Source: Candidatus Hodarchaeaceae archaeon
Lineage (GTDB): Archaea; Hadarchaeota; Hadarchaeia; Hadarchaeales; Hadarchaeaceae
Direction: 5' to 3'
Assembly: GCA_030018135.1 (NCBI GenBank)
Contig: JASEGJ010000002.1
Location: 1,230-65,229 of the forward strand
DNA: 64,000 nucleotides
Shown here: piece after piece, positions 9,287-18,447 of the stretch
Layout of the letters: each line of letters opens with the position of its first letter
How positions within the stretch are numbered: the stretch's first letter is position 1
The notes under the pieces: generated by a model
Seen by the model: only the letters and a program-made list of their open reading frames with translations
What the model was told of the DNA's origin: nothing
The model's database searches: none
Position numbers and translations under genes: made by a program

Positions 9287-10471
9287 CTAAGAAATTTCTG
9301 CCATCTTCTTTGCTAGCAGTTCCCTAACTTCTGGATCCTCCAAAACCTTCATCAGCTTGGATTTCTTCTGTTCGAATTCCCCGCGCTCCTCCTCGATCTT
9401 CAGGGCCGAACCCAAATCCAACGGCATGCCACACTCCAAGCAAAATTTGGATCCTTCTTTCGCCCGGTTTTCGCACCTTGGGCATGTTGTAAACCCATCT
9501 TCCTCTTTTTCTCCAATCACGCCGTGAATCCGCAGGAGCGCCTCGTCGACATCCCGCCCGGAGAGGTGGACGTAAGTAGACGGCATGTTCGAGCCTTGGA
9601 CCCAACCCATGAATGCGTTCATCTGTGCCTCGGTGAGCTTGTTCGCTAGGTGGGTTGCCCGTGCGTGTCTGAAGGAGTGGGGATTCACCCGCTTCTTCAC
9701 TCCTGCTTTTTCCGCCGCCGCCCGTAACCGTTTAACCACGGTTGGATAGCGCATCCGACTTCCCTTCTGCTTGGTCCCTATGTTGACCCAAAGGGGCGCC
9801 TCGGGGTCTTTTCGGAGGGGATGACTGGCGAGCCAAGTAGCGAGATGATTGACCGATGCGATCAGCCTCACCCGCCTCATGCCGGTCTTGCCGCTCACGA
9901 TGAGCTGTGCACCGTACTTGTCAAAGGTAACGTGCTTTATCTTCAAAGTGGCGGGTTCGCCGACCCTGCAACCGCTCTCATAGAGGACCGAGATCAGCGC
10001 CTTGTCCCTCGGGTGCTCCGCCGCCTCGATGAGCCTTCTGACCTCCTCTTTTGTCAGCAGCTCCTCTGGCAGCCTGCGGCCCCCTCTGCCAGAGGTTTTT
10101 ATCCACCTTACTGTGGCCGGATAATCTTCGCCGCCGCCTAGCCACTTGTAGAACTTCTTAAGAGCAACCTTGAAGCCACGTTTTGTCCACTCCGCATAAT
10201 TCATGCGCTCTAGCTTTCCAACCACCGCCTCAATGTCCTCGCGTGTGGCCCGCCTGAAATCCTTTTTCAGCATGACCGCCAGTTTGGGCAACTTCCGCAT
10301 ATAGAAAAGGACCCGAGGTAGACTCAAACCCTCGGAGAAACAGTGATCGTGGAATTTGAGTATCAGCTCCTTGTTCTCCGCCGACACATTCCTGGCCTTG
10401 CGTAACCTGATCAGGGCACGCTCAAGCCCACGCTTCATGCCATGGATTTCGTACCTCGGCTCGTCTTCCAT
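9287..10471 (-). CDS. tyrosine recombinase / phage-type integrase with C-terminal zinc ribbon
   Basis: Catalytic-domain signatures (RVGEPATLK..., HSFRHARATHL, MGWVQGSNMPSTYVHLS) plus a CPRC...CLEC ribbon. It is adjacent to tRNA-Thr. Confidence 0.9.
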   Translation of the reverse strand: MEDEPRYEIHGMKRGLERALIRLRKARNVSAENKELILKFHDHCFSEGLSLPRVLFYMRKLPKLAVMLKKDFRRATREDIEAVVGKLERMNYAEWTKRGFKVALKKFYKWLGGGEDYPATVRWIKTSGRGGRRLPEELLTKEEVRRLIEAAEHPRDKALISVLYESGCRVGEPATLKIKHVTFDKYGAQLIVSGKTGMRRVRLIASVNHLATWLASHPLRKDPEAPLWVNIGTKQKGSRMRYPTVVKRLRAAAEKAGVKKRVNPHSFRHARATHLANKLTEAQMNAFMGWVQGSNMPSTYVHLSGRDVDEALLRIHGVIGEKEEDGFTTCPRCENRAKEGSKFCLECGMPLDLGSALKIEEERGEFEQKKSKLMKVLEDPEVRELLAKKMAEIS

Positions 10472-10550
10472 CTTATCTTCCTTGAAGGACTATATACCTT
10501 AAAGGTATAATCCTCCTCTTTTGGGTGTGGGCTTTAGCACTCAAAGCGAG

Positions 10551-10642
10551 GAGCCGCCGGTGGGTCATGATCCCACGACCTATCGCTTACGAGGCGATCG
10601 CTTTTGGCGTGCCGAAGCACCCTGCCAGCTGAGCTACGGCGG
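10551..10642 (-). tRNA. tRNA-Thr (anticodon CGU) with a putative ~19-nt non-canonical intron in the D-arm
   Basis: Hand fold: acceptor GCCGCCG/CGGCGGC, anticodon arm ATCGC-CTCGTAA-GCGAT, T arm GTGGG-ATCATGA-CCCAC. A canonical D arm (GCTC...GAGC) appears only after removing GGTGCTTCGGCACGCCAAA (10602-10620). No CCA is encoded. Confidence 0.65.
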
Positions 10643-10726
10643 CCCAATTAACATTTGCCGAAACTTAACTTAACCATTTTCCCAAAGCAATCTTCAGTAA
10701 GGCGCTGCTAAAACAGTTTATTTGCC

Positions 10727-10815
10727 ATGGCGCCGGGGCAGGGATTTGAACCCTGGCGACCCGAAGGGTCAACAGATCTCGAGTCTGCCGCCTTACCTGG
10801 CTTGGCTACCCCGGC
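10727..10815 (-). tRNA. tRNA-Ser (anticodon CGA), class II, CCA encoded
   Basis: Hand fold: acceptor GCCGGGG/CCCCGGC, 3-bp D stem, anticodon loop CTCGAGA, long variable arm ACCC-TTCG-GGT, T stem CAGGG/CCCTG. As assembled the T loop is 8 nt (TTCAAATC). Confidence 0.85.
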
Positions 10816-10849
10816 CCATACTAGATGTGTCGCTCGGCCCTTAAATCGG

Positions 10850-13800
10850 CTATAGGAAATCAGCAAGGCTGAGCTGTCTATGGGCATCGCTCTCGAAGAC
10901 CGAGCGGATGTCGCGCTGCGTCAACTTCAGGCGCTGCTTTGTGTAATCGCTCACGCTATACTCTTGGGCGATCTGCATCGCCACCTGAAGGTACTTCTCC
11001 ACCCCTCCCCTCGTCACCGTCAGCACGAGCTTACCCCCGCACTTGCCGCAGACCCCGCTGAGGGGCACCCGGCGATGCTTGGCGTTGCAGGCGACGCACC
11101 TGAACTGCTGGCTCGAGAACGCGCGAAGGTTGCCTTTGAGGTCCGGGATGAAGTGGTGTTCGATTAGCCGCTCGGCCACATCGCGTTCATCCACGGCCCT
11201 GATTTTTCGCGCGAGGGAGAGCTGGGCGGCCGTCTTCTCGATCATCGTCTCAAGCGTCTTGTATCGGCTCGAGCGAGGCCCGCTCGAGATGTCGCTGGTA
11301 TCGTAAGAAAATTTTAATCCTTCATATTGGGCCCTCGTACCCAACCTCCGCTTCACCGTTTCCATCGTCGCCAGCAGCTCGCTCGGACTGGCAGATCGGA
11401 GCGTTGCCTCATAGAACTCAAGCGGATAGGCCATCATGACATCCATGTTGTGTGCCTCCTCGTCTATCTCGGCAGGATCGAGGCGCGTGGTGAGCACCAA
11501 GGGCGCGTCCATCGTGCCCCCCCTTGTGGAGGGCAAGAAGCGTTTGCTGAAGTTAAGTAAGGCGTCCAACAATAACATCACTGCATCTTCATCCCCATCT
11601 GCGTTCCTTCTTTTGGCCGCATGGAAGTAGGGATGTGCATAGCCGACATTTGCGTCCGTGAAGCCTACCACGCGCCCGACTATGCCGGCCGAAGTATGGG
11701 GTGCCAGCCCGATGACCAAATGGCCAACCAAATCCCCGGGCCAGGTCGCATTGTAGAAAGGCGGCAGACCATAGAACTTTTGAAGGAGCTCGTCGATGAA
11801 CTTCGAGGCCCGCAACAGATAATCGGCACAAGCCCTCGAGAGGAGAACGTCCTGCACCTTGAGCTCTACCAATTGATCGTCGCGCTCAAGGGGTCTACCA
11901 TCGCAGTCGTTGATATAACCCAGCTCGCGCAATCGCTCGATCGGGGTGCCTATCTCCCGCGGTCGGAAATGCGTCAGCGGGAGATCGGTGGCATCGAACC
12001 TGACCGTGCCATCCTTAAAAACGTATATCCCGCGCTTCGCCCGCAGGATGCCCTTCTCCAGGGGTTCCGGAATTTTGTATGCGCTCGTCATCCCCCTGAC
12101 GCCCTTAAGCTCGTCCGGCGGGGCCTCCCCTAGCCTCCTCAATGCGCCCTCCAAAAGGGACTTGACATTAATCCTTCTTTGGTCGAAGTAGGCGGTTGGG
12201 GCATTGCACGCCAGACATCGATCCTCGCCCGAGGGTCGCCCGCAGCGCGTGCAGATGCGCGAGTAGTTTGTGATGGCCCCGCACTTCGGACATTTTCGTG
12301 AGAAGGTAACTTCGCCGCATTCGGGGCACTCCAACCTCGCCACCTCGACGAAAACTTCGCCGCCCTCCGCCGCCTTTATCACGCTACGGGTCGCTCCCCC
12401 GGCCAGGCCCACGCCGAAAAGCAGGTGCACTGGTGGCGACATGACCCTTGGGTTCGCCTTCTCCGGTCTGCCCATCCTGCAACCGATCCTCGTAGGCGCC
12501 TTCCATCTGACTGGGAAACCCGCTAACGCTTGAACAAGGACCATGACTTCCTTCGTTGGGTGGGAACTCAAGGTCGAGTTTAGCTTTTCATCCGTTAACA
12601 TGTTTCCGTCGAGCAGCCCGAGGCATCTGCACAGGGGAAGCGCTGGGTCTTCGATGATGACGTGACCATCTCCAACCATATGAGGCACCCCTAGGACCTC
12701 GAGCAAGCGCTTGGGCCCTGGGTCGATTTTTACCCTGATGCGCTTGAGGCGCCCAGCTTCGAACTCTGGCTCGCCCTTTGAAAGCCAGCTGCCGAGTTCC
12801 TTGAGCTCCTCGACGCTGATGTCGTGAAAGTGATACGTGTAAGCTGGGTGTAGTGGCACACCGAGCTTTTCGGATATCTCGACGGCCAAGTCGGGCGGGG
12901 GCCTTTGGTAGGGCGATGTCACATAAGGCGTTGCGTCGATCTCGAGTTCCCTTTGCGCCAAGGCTTTTTTGACCTCCTGACTCCACCACGTTTCGCAATA
13001 TCCCGCCGGCATAAGCGGGTGGTTGTTCTCCAGAAATTCCCCGAACCCGAGCAGGATGTCCCCCAAAAAGAGAATTTCGCTGATCCCATCCCTGAGCTCG
13101 ATCGCCTGCTCAACCGAATTCACCTGCACGACGGAGCCGTCGATGAGTTTGACAATTGGTCCCTCGATCGAGTTCACGGGCGCTACCGCGGCCCCCTTGC
13201 CCGGGCGCTCGATCTTGAGCTGGGTGCCAACCGCAAGGAAATCATCGAGTACCGCCATCGTTGCGGGATGGATGCCAGCCGCTGCGATTCCGGTGTTTCG
13301 AGCCCGGCCGTATCTGAGCCTGAAGCCTCCTGCGCGATCGGGGTGAGCGAGAACGGGCCTGCCGGCGATGATCTCCTCGAGGTACTTCCCCCCCTTTGGA
13401 TAAACTGGTCCCGTTTCCTCCGCGGAGGGCGCCCTGGCCACGAGATCCGACAGCCAATCCCAGCCGTCGATATTGAGTCTTCTCACGTGCTTCAGGATTT
13501 TCGGTGCCTTCTGGAGCACGCCTTCGACGAGGGCAAGAACCGCGCCCCCCCTGACCATATTGTGCCCTATGCGCTTGATGTCACGATAGCCGGTCACGGT
13601 CACCCCGCGCTCGGTCGGCTCTCCAGTTATCTCCACAGGAATATTGCGCACCGCGGCCCGGATGTCATCGGGCGATGGAGGGGTGTACTGCAGGTGGGCA
13701 ACATCTGTCGCGTAGAGGTCCACCTCTTCAATGAAGCGCTCTATCTCATCGTCCGTCGGCTTATAGGGACCGAGGTAAAACTTCCTGCGCACGAAGTCCC

Positions 13801-14281
13801 CGGTGAGGACGGCTAAGGCCGCGGCCGTTCCGCCTGCGGATCTGATCGGCCCGGCGAAGTAGATGGCGAGGTAAGGGGAATCATCGAAGTTTCTCCTTAT
13901 CTCCACATGGGTTATGCCCTCGATGGGGGCCGCCGCTGCTATGCCCTCGGTTATGATCGCCAAGGAAGTTCGGATTGCCTGCTCGGCCGCTTGCTTATCC
14001 TCAAATTCGCCGAAGTGCCCATCGACTATCATCTCCGCAACTTTAAGCGCGAGTTCTTCTCGCGGTAGCCCCTTCTCGAGTTCGCGGATGGCCCCGGCTA
14101 CGCCGGGCGGCCCGACCAGCTTCTCGACGCGAGCGGCCAAGTCCTCGGCTCTGGGGATCTCCGGCTCCAGTTCCGGATCTAGGCCAAGCGAGCGGGCTTT
14201 CCTAGCTATCTCGTACGCTTCTTCCACCTTGCCCTCAAGGCTTCTGAAGTAGACCATCATATCCGGGCTTGCAACGATCAT
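10850..14281 (-). CDS. polC: DNA polymerase II (PolD) large subunit DP2
   Basis: 1143-aa protein with typical DP2 blocks and the Cys clusters CPECGE...CPKCG and CVACN...CGKCGG. Confidence 0.97.
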   Translation of the reverse strand: MIVASPDMMVYFRSLEGKVEEAYEIARKARSLGLDPELEPEIPRAEDLAARVEKLVGPPGVAGAIRELEKGLPREELALKVAEMIVDGHFGEFEDKQAAEQAIRTSLAIITEGIAAAAPIEGITHVEIRRNFDDSPYLAIYFAGPIRSAGGTAAALAVLTGDFVRRKFYLGPYKPTDDEIERFIEEVDLYATDVAHLQYTPPSPDDIRAAVRNIPVEITGEPTERGVTVTGYRDIKRIGHNMVRGGAVLALVEGVLQKAPKILKHVRRLNIDGWDWLSDLVARAPSAEETGPVYPKGGKYLEEIIAGRPVLAHPDRAGGFRLRYGRARNTGIAAAGIHPATMAVLDDFLAVGTQLKIERPGKGAAVAPVNSIEGPIVKLIDGSVVQVNSVEQAIELRDGISEILFLGDILLGFGEFLENNHPLMPAGYCETWWSQEVKKALAQRELEIDATPYVTSPYQRPPPDLAVEISEKLGVPLHPAYTYHFHDISVEELKELGSWLSKGEPEFEAGRLKRIRVKIDPGPKRLLEVLGVPHMVGDGHVIIEDPALPLCRCLGLLDGNMLTDEKLNSTLSSHPTKEVMVLVQALAGFPVRWKAPTRIGCRMGRPEKANPRVMSPPVHLLFGVGLAGGATRSVIKAAEGGEVFVEVARLECPECGEVTFSRKCPKCGAITNYSRICTRCGRPSGEDRCLACNAPTAYFDQRRINVKSLLEGALRRLGEAPPDELKGVRGMTSAYKIPEPLEKGILRAKRGIYVFKDGTVRFDATDLPLTHFRPREIGTPIERLRELGYINDCDGRPLERDDQLVELKVQDVLLSRACADYLLRASKFIDELLQKFYGLPPFYNATWPGDLVGHLVIGLAPHTSAGIVGRVVGFTDANVGYAHPYFHAAKRRNADGDEDAVMLLLDALLNFSKRFLPSTRGGTMDAPLVLTTRLDPAEIDEEAHNMDVMMAYPLEFYEATLRSASPSELLATMETVKRRLGTRAQYEGLKFSYDTSDISSGPRSSRYKTLETMIEKTAAQLSLARKIRAVDERDVAERLIEHHFIPDLKGNLRAFSSQQFRCVACNAKHRRVPLSGVCGKCGGKLVLTVTRGGVEKYLQVAMQIAQEYSVSDYTKQRLKLTQRDIRSVFESDAHRQLSLADFL

Positions 14282-15093
14282 CGGCTCACCACCAAGTGCT
14301 TAATATTCGGGATGACGAAATCTGGGGCCATCCTCGTACCTCTAACCCGCCTGACATCGCCCTCCGTGCTCACGCCGCTCAAAACCAATATCGTCGTGAG
14401 CCCGGCCCTCTTACCCGCCCTTACATCAGTATCAAGCCTATCTCCAACTATCGCCGTCTCGCTGGGCATCGAGCCAAGTAAATCGAGCAAAAATTTTATC
14501 ATGTGCTGTGAGGGCTTGCCTATTACCACCCTCGGCCGCTTGCCGGACGCGCCGGTCAACGCACCCACCATCGCGCCTGCGCCCGGACAAAGGCCCGTCT
14601 CAGTTGGGTATGCGCCATCCACATTTGTCGCTATTAGCTCCGCGCCAGCGAGGAGAGCTCGCAAACCAGCCGTCAATCTTTCATAATTCAGGGTTCGGTC
14701 CATGCCCACCACCACATGCGTGGCCTCCGCGGCGCGATCGTCCGCCAAGAGCTCCAAGCCTGCCCGCCTCAGCTCCTGTTTTAGCCCTGGCTCCCCAATT
14801 ACATGGATTCTCGCGCGGGGTGCGCGTCTGCGCAGGTAGAGCGAGGTCACATGTGCGGAAGTTACCACCTCAGACTCACGTGCGGCTATGCCCATGCGCG
14901 CGAGTTTGCGTACGTACGCACTCCGTGTGTAGGCCGAATTATTGGTTGAAAATACCAACTTTTTACCCATCGCTCGAAGGCGCTCCACCGCTTCGGCTGC
15001 GCCCTCTATTGGAGTATCGCCGATGTAGAGCACGCCATCCATGTCGAGGATGAACGCTGAAAGCCTGTCCACGACAGCCGCGAGCTTATGCAA
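14278..15093 (-). CDS. HAD-IIA family phosphatase (NagD/PNPPase-like)
   Basis: Motif I FILDMDGVLY, then STNNS and the C-terminal GDRLDTD motif. Overlaps DP2 by 4 nt and DP1 by 8 nt. Confidence 0.85.
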   Translation of the reverse strand: MHKLAAVVDRLSAFILDMDGVLYIGDTPIEGAAEAVERLRAMGKKLVFSTNNSAYTRSAYVRKLARMGIAARESEVVTSAHVTSLYLRRRAPRARIHVIGEPGLKQELRRAGLELLADDRAAEATHVVVGMDRTLNYERLTAGLRALLAGAELIATNVDGAYPTETGLCPGAGAMVGALTGASGKRPRVVIGKPSQHMIKFLLDLLGSMPSETAIVGDRLDTDVRAGKRAGLTTILVLSGVSTEGDVRRVRGTRMAPDFVIPNIKHLVVSR

Positions 15094-16654
15094 AGTATAT
15101 CGCCCTGGTTTGACCCGTCTGCAAATCTATAATCGGCACTATCCCTGGCGTCGGCTTTACGCCCAAGCGCTTCATGTAGCTAGTCATCTCCTGGAAGGTG
15201 CCAGAGTTCACGACGGTAATATCGCGATATTTCTCGTAACCATAAACATGCATGTGACCGCAGTGAAAAACATCGGGCACATCCTCGATCACCAAATAAT
15301 CCTTGTCCTCTGGCGCTATTGCGGTGCGACCGCCGTATATCGGAGCGAGATGCCTTTTTTGGAGCATCTTGATCATCGATGAGGTCGGCTTCTCACGATT
15401 TAATCCCGGCACCATTGCCACTAGATCGTCGAAGCTTCTGCCGTGATACACGAGAAATCTGACCCCATGTATCAGTAGCCATGCCGGGTTGCCGACCATC
15501 AAGGAATTTAAATCATAAAGGGCTGATGTGACATCCCTTGGCAGGGCTGGCTGTGGCTCGGATGGGCGGACCGCATCGTGGTTGCCGGGGGCTATTATTA
15601 GCGTTATGTGGTCGGGAATCTGAGCGAGTAGTTCGGTTGCTGCCTCATATTGCCTGAAAATATCGTGGATGAGGAGCTCCTCCTCCTGTTGAGGGTAGAC
15701 GCCGACTCCGTCAACGAGGTCGCCAGCAATAACAACATACTTGACCCGCCCGGCAAGCTCACGTTGCTCGGGGTTGCCGACCTCGCCCCGTAACCACTTC
15801 AAAAACTTCATGAACGCGTCCTCCAGAAACATCTCGCTGCCCACATGGAGATCAGATAACAACGCCGCGCACACGGGATCTGCCGCACAGGAGGGCTCCC
15901 GCGGGGTTGGCACATCCGGCCAAATGATGTCAATCGCGATCAAACGCGGCGCGGCGTCGCCCTTGCGCAGCATTGCCTCGATTCCTATTACCTCATCTGT
16001 GACCACCTCGGCCGCCTTTCGCATGAGTTCGCGGCGCCCTTTGAATATCCAAGCCGTTGCCCTCCCGCTCAGATCCTCGAGTTCCAACACGATGTGGCCG
16101 CTTCTTGTTTCGCGCTTGTCCGCAACTATCCCAATGACCCTAACCGCGTCGCCATCGTCATAAGCGGTTAAGCTACTGATCGGCACTGCCTCGTGCAGGT
16201 CCACCCTCTTTCGTAGCATATTGCTTAGCCTGTCGTAACGATCCTTAAACAGCTTCACAAAATCCTTTAGCTCCCCCTCGCTGTAGCTGTGTCCAGTTAT
16301 GTCCTTCAACAACTCGATGCGGGGTTCGACATCGGCCGCTTGAGGCTTAAATTTCAAGTGAACCAGTTCTGGTACGGTTCTGGTCGGCCCCTCAACCACC
16401 GCAGTCTCTTGTCTTTCGATGGCCAGATAGCTACTTGACGGTGGCTGATGCCTGGTCTCGATGTCAACCTCCAAAATTTTTGTAACGAGGCCCTCCGTGA
16501 GCACCGGAGGTTTATCCACCATTTCCCTGAGATAAGTCAATACTCGCTCAACCGCCGATTGGCTATCCGTTTGTTTGCGCAGGGTATCTAGGGCGCCCGG
16601 CGTGATGTGAATGTCCGTATCCATAAGCCTGCGGATTATTGAAACCTCGTCCAT
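15086..16654 (-). CDS. polB: DNA polymerase II (PolD) small subunit DP1
   Basis: OB and calcineurin-like phosphoesterase domains (VIAGDLVDGVG, APGNHD, FHCGHMHV). Confidence 0.95.
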   Translation of the reverse strand: MDEVSIIRRLMDTDIHITPGALDTLRKQTDSQSAVERVLTYLREMVDKPPVLTEGLVTKILEVDIETRHQPPSSSYLAIERQETAVVEGPTRTVPELVHLKFKPQAADVEPRIELLKDITGHSYSEGELKDFVKLFKDRYDRLSNMLRKRVDLHEAVPISSLTAYDDGDAVRVIGIVADKRETRSGHIVLELEDLSGRATAWIFKGRRELMRKAAEVVTDEVIGIEAMLRKGDAAPRLIAIDIIWPDVPTPREPSCAADPVCAALLSDLHVGSEMFLEDAFMKFLKWLRGEVGNPEQRELAGRVKYVVIAGDLVDGVGVYPQQEEELLIHDIFRQYEAATELLAQIPDHITLIIAPGNHDAVRPSEPQPALPRDVTSALYDLNSLMVGNPAWLLIHGVRFLVYHGRSFDDLVAMVPGLNREKPTSSMIKMLQKRHLAPIYGGRTAIAPEDKDYLVIEDVPDVFHCGHMHVYGYEKYRDITVVNSGTFQEMTSYMKRLGVKPTPGIVPIIDLQTGQTRAIYFA

Positions 16655-16663
16655 ATCTACACC

Positions 16664-17950
16664 TTACATAAGCGTGAGCTGGCGCGGCAGCGTGAGTGCC
16701 TCCAAACCGCTGATGGAATAATCCTCTTGAATTGCCGCCCTTGCCTGTATCGCTTGGATATTCATGGTAATCTCTTTGGTTCTGCCGTACCGCCCCTTAC
16801 TGATGATACAAGCATTTATTATCCCCATCATGTCAAGCTCTGAAATCAAATCGCTGACGCGGCGGGAGGTCAGGATATCCAGACCGCTCTGACGGCATAG
16901 CATGCAGTAAACGCTGTAAACGTCCCCAGTGACGATCCTGCGGGCCCCGCGCTCCCCGAGGAGTATGATGCTGTATAGGACGAGCTTGGATTGCGTCGGC
17001 AGCGTGCGGATGACCTCCAGCATTTTGTCCTGTTCGATCTTCTGGAATGCGCGCCTGACATGTTCAACTGTAATCATTTCGGCCCCCTCTCGCTCTCCAA
17101 GTTCACCTGCGACGCGTAGCAAGTCAAGCGCCCGCCGCGCGTCTCCATGCTCTCTAGCTGCATGGGCCGCGCAAAGCCCTATCACCCCATTGTCCAAAAC
17201 GCCGTCGATGAAGCTCATCGCTGCTCGCTTCTCCAAGATGTCCTTGAGCTGCAGCGCGTTATAAGGCGGAAACACAAGTTCCTCCTCGCTGAGGCTGCTC
17301 CTTACGCGGGGGTCAAGGTATCCCATGAAGTTTAAATCGTTTGAGATGCCGACGATGCTGACCTTAGCGTTCTTGAGGTCTGAATTCATGCGGGTTAGGT
17401 TGTAGAGGACCCCATCGCCGCTCTTTAAGACCAGCTTATCTATTTCATCTAATACGATCACTGCAAGCTGTCTATCATGATCTATCGCATCGAAAAAGCA
17501 TCGATAAACCTGGTCCGTTGGCCATCCGGTCATCGGAACTTGTTGGGGCATGCCAAACGAGCTTAGGCATCCGTGGCCATACCTTTCGCGCGCCTTCTCG
17601 AGGAAGACATTTGCCAGCGTCGCGAGGATGCGATACTGCGTATTAACGATCTCGCAATTCAGGTAAACCACCTCAACTTTGCGTGGCGAACGGTCACTAA
17701 CCCTCTCAAGTTCCTTCGTCACGTATCTCACGGTTGCTGTTTTGCCCGTGCCCGTCTTGCCGTAGATAAACAAATTTGATGGTGTCTCCCCGCGCAGGGG
17801 TGCGGCGAGTATCCGCGCAAGCTGATGGATTTGCTCCTCACGGTGTGGTAGTTCCTCTGGTGTATAAGTTGGGCGCAGGTACTCCCTGTTTTTGAATATT
17901 GGTTTCGTTTCCAACAACATCTCGAATATTCCCTCCGAACTCTTCGTCAT
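16664..17950 (-). CDS. cdc6: Orc1/Cdc6 replication initiator
   Basis: AAA+ Walker A (GKTGTGKT), Walker B (VLDEID), C-terminal winged helix. Start placed at MTKSSEG; the longest ORF runs to 17983. Confidence 0.95.
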   Translation of the reverse strand: MTKSSEGIFEMLLETKPIFKNREYLRPTYTPEELPHREEQIHQLARILAAPLRGETPSNLFIYGKTGTGKTATVRYVTKELERVSDRSPRKVEVVYLNCEIVNTQYRILATLANVFLEKARERYGHGCLSSFGMPQQVPMTGWPTDQVYRCFFDAIDHDRQLAVIVLDEIDKLVLKSGDGVLYNLTRMNSDLKNAKVSIVGISNDLNFMGYLDPRVRSSLSEEELVFPPYNALQLKDILEKRAAMSFIDGVLDNGVIGLCAAHAAREHGDARRALDLLRVAGELGEREGAEMITVEHVRRAFQKIEQDKMLEVIRTLPTQSKLVLYSIILLGERGARRIVTGDVYSVYCMLCRQSGLDILTSRRVSDLISELDMMGIINACIISKGRYGRTKEITMNIQAIQARAAIQEDYSISGLEALTLPRQLTLM

Positions 17951-18443
17951 GTTTACCAGCCTCCTCTCCAGCTTTCTTTTCAAACAGCTTACTTAGCCAC
18001 TGGCTCCAGCCCTCCAGAGCGATAGCTAAACGATTGACCAAAAATTTCTCCTCTGGTGGCAGATTTTCCGCGCTCGCGGGCGAAAGCGCCGACTGCAAGA
18101 GTTTCTGAACCCGCACCTCCAGCAGGGCATCCACCGCTGATTGAAACTCCTCAACTTTGTCCTGCTGACCAGTAGCCCGCAGGTACGCGATTTGTTGTGC
18201 AATTGAACTGTAAAAGTCAGGGGGCAGGGGTTCTAGCTGGTGAGATCGTTCCTCGACCAGCACCAGCTTCCGCAGCTCTATCGTCGTAAGCCTTTGAATT
18301 GGCTCGATATAACCATGTCGCTCAAGTACGCCAGCTTCCCATGGCTCGAACTCGGCCTCCTGTCCAGCCACGAGCGGGCCTATCTGCCTACCCACCAATT
18401 TTATCGCCGGCAAATCCTTGATAACCCGAACGCGTTGTCCCAT
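17838..18443 (-). CDS. GINS subunit (beta-domain first, Gins23-like order)
   Basis: N-terminal small beta domain (VRVIKDLPAIKLVGRQIGPLVAGQEAEFEPWEAGVLERHGYIEPI), then a helical domain with LPPDFY. It sits between mcm and cdc6. The 3' end overlaps cdc6 by about 110 nt. Confidence 0.6.
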   Translation of the reverse strand: MGQRVRVIKDLPAIKLVGRQIGPLVAGQEAEFEPWEAGVLERHGYIEPIQRLTTIELRKLVLVEERSHQLEPLPPDFYSSIAQQIAYLRATGQQDKVEEFQSAVDALLEVRVQKLLQSALSPASAENLPPEEKFLVNRLAIALEGWSQWLSKLFEKKAGEEAGKHDEEFGGNIRDVVGNETNIQKQGVPAPNLYTRGTTTP

Positions 18444-18447
18444 GAAC

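Noticed and set aside
8681-9290. An attR copy of the tRNA-Thr 3' end that would delimit an integrated element.
   Set aside because: Visual search of 7.2-9.3 kb found no match longer than about 6-7 nt to the tRNA 3' half or to the 10480-10560 junction. No element boundary is therefore claimed.
12905-13816. 303-aa plus-strand ORF, together with many other 60-260-aa ORFs antisense to or overlapping polC, mcm, smc, the PhoU/TrkA gene, the thr genes and others.
   Set aside because: They lie entirely inside long, well-supported genes on the opposite strand or in another frame. Their composition is Arg/Ser/Pro/Ala-rich and low-complexity, typical of shadow ORFs in GC-rich coding DNA.
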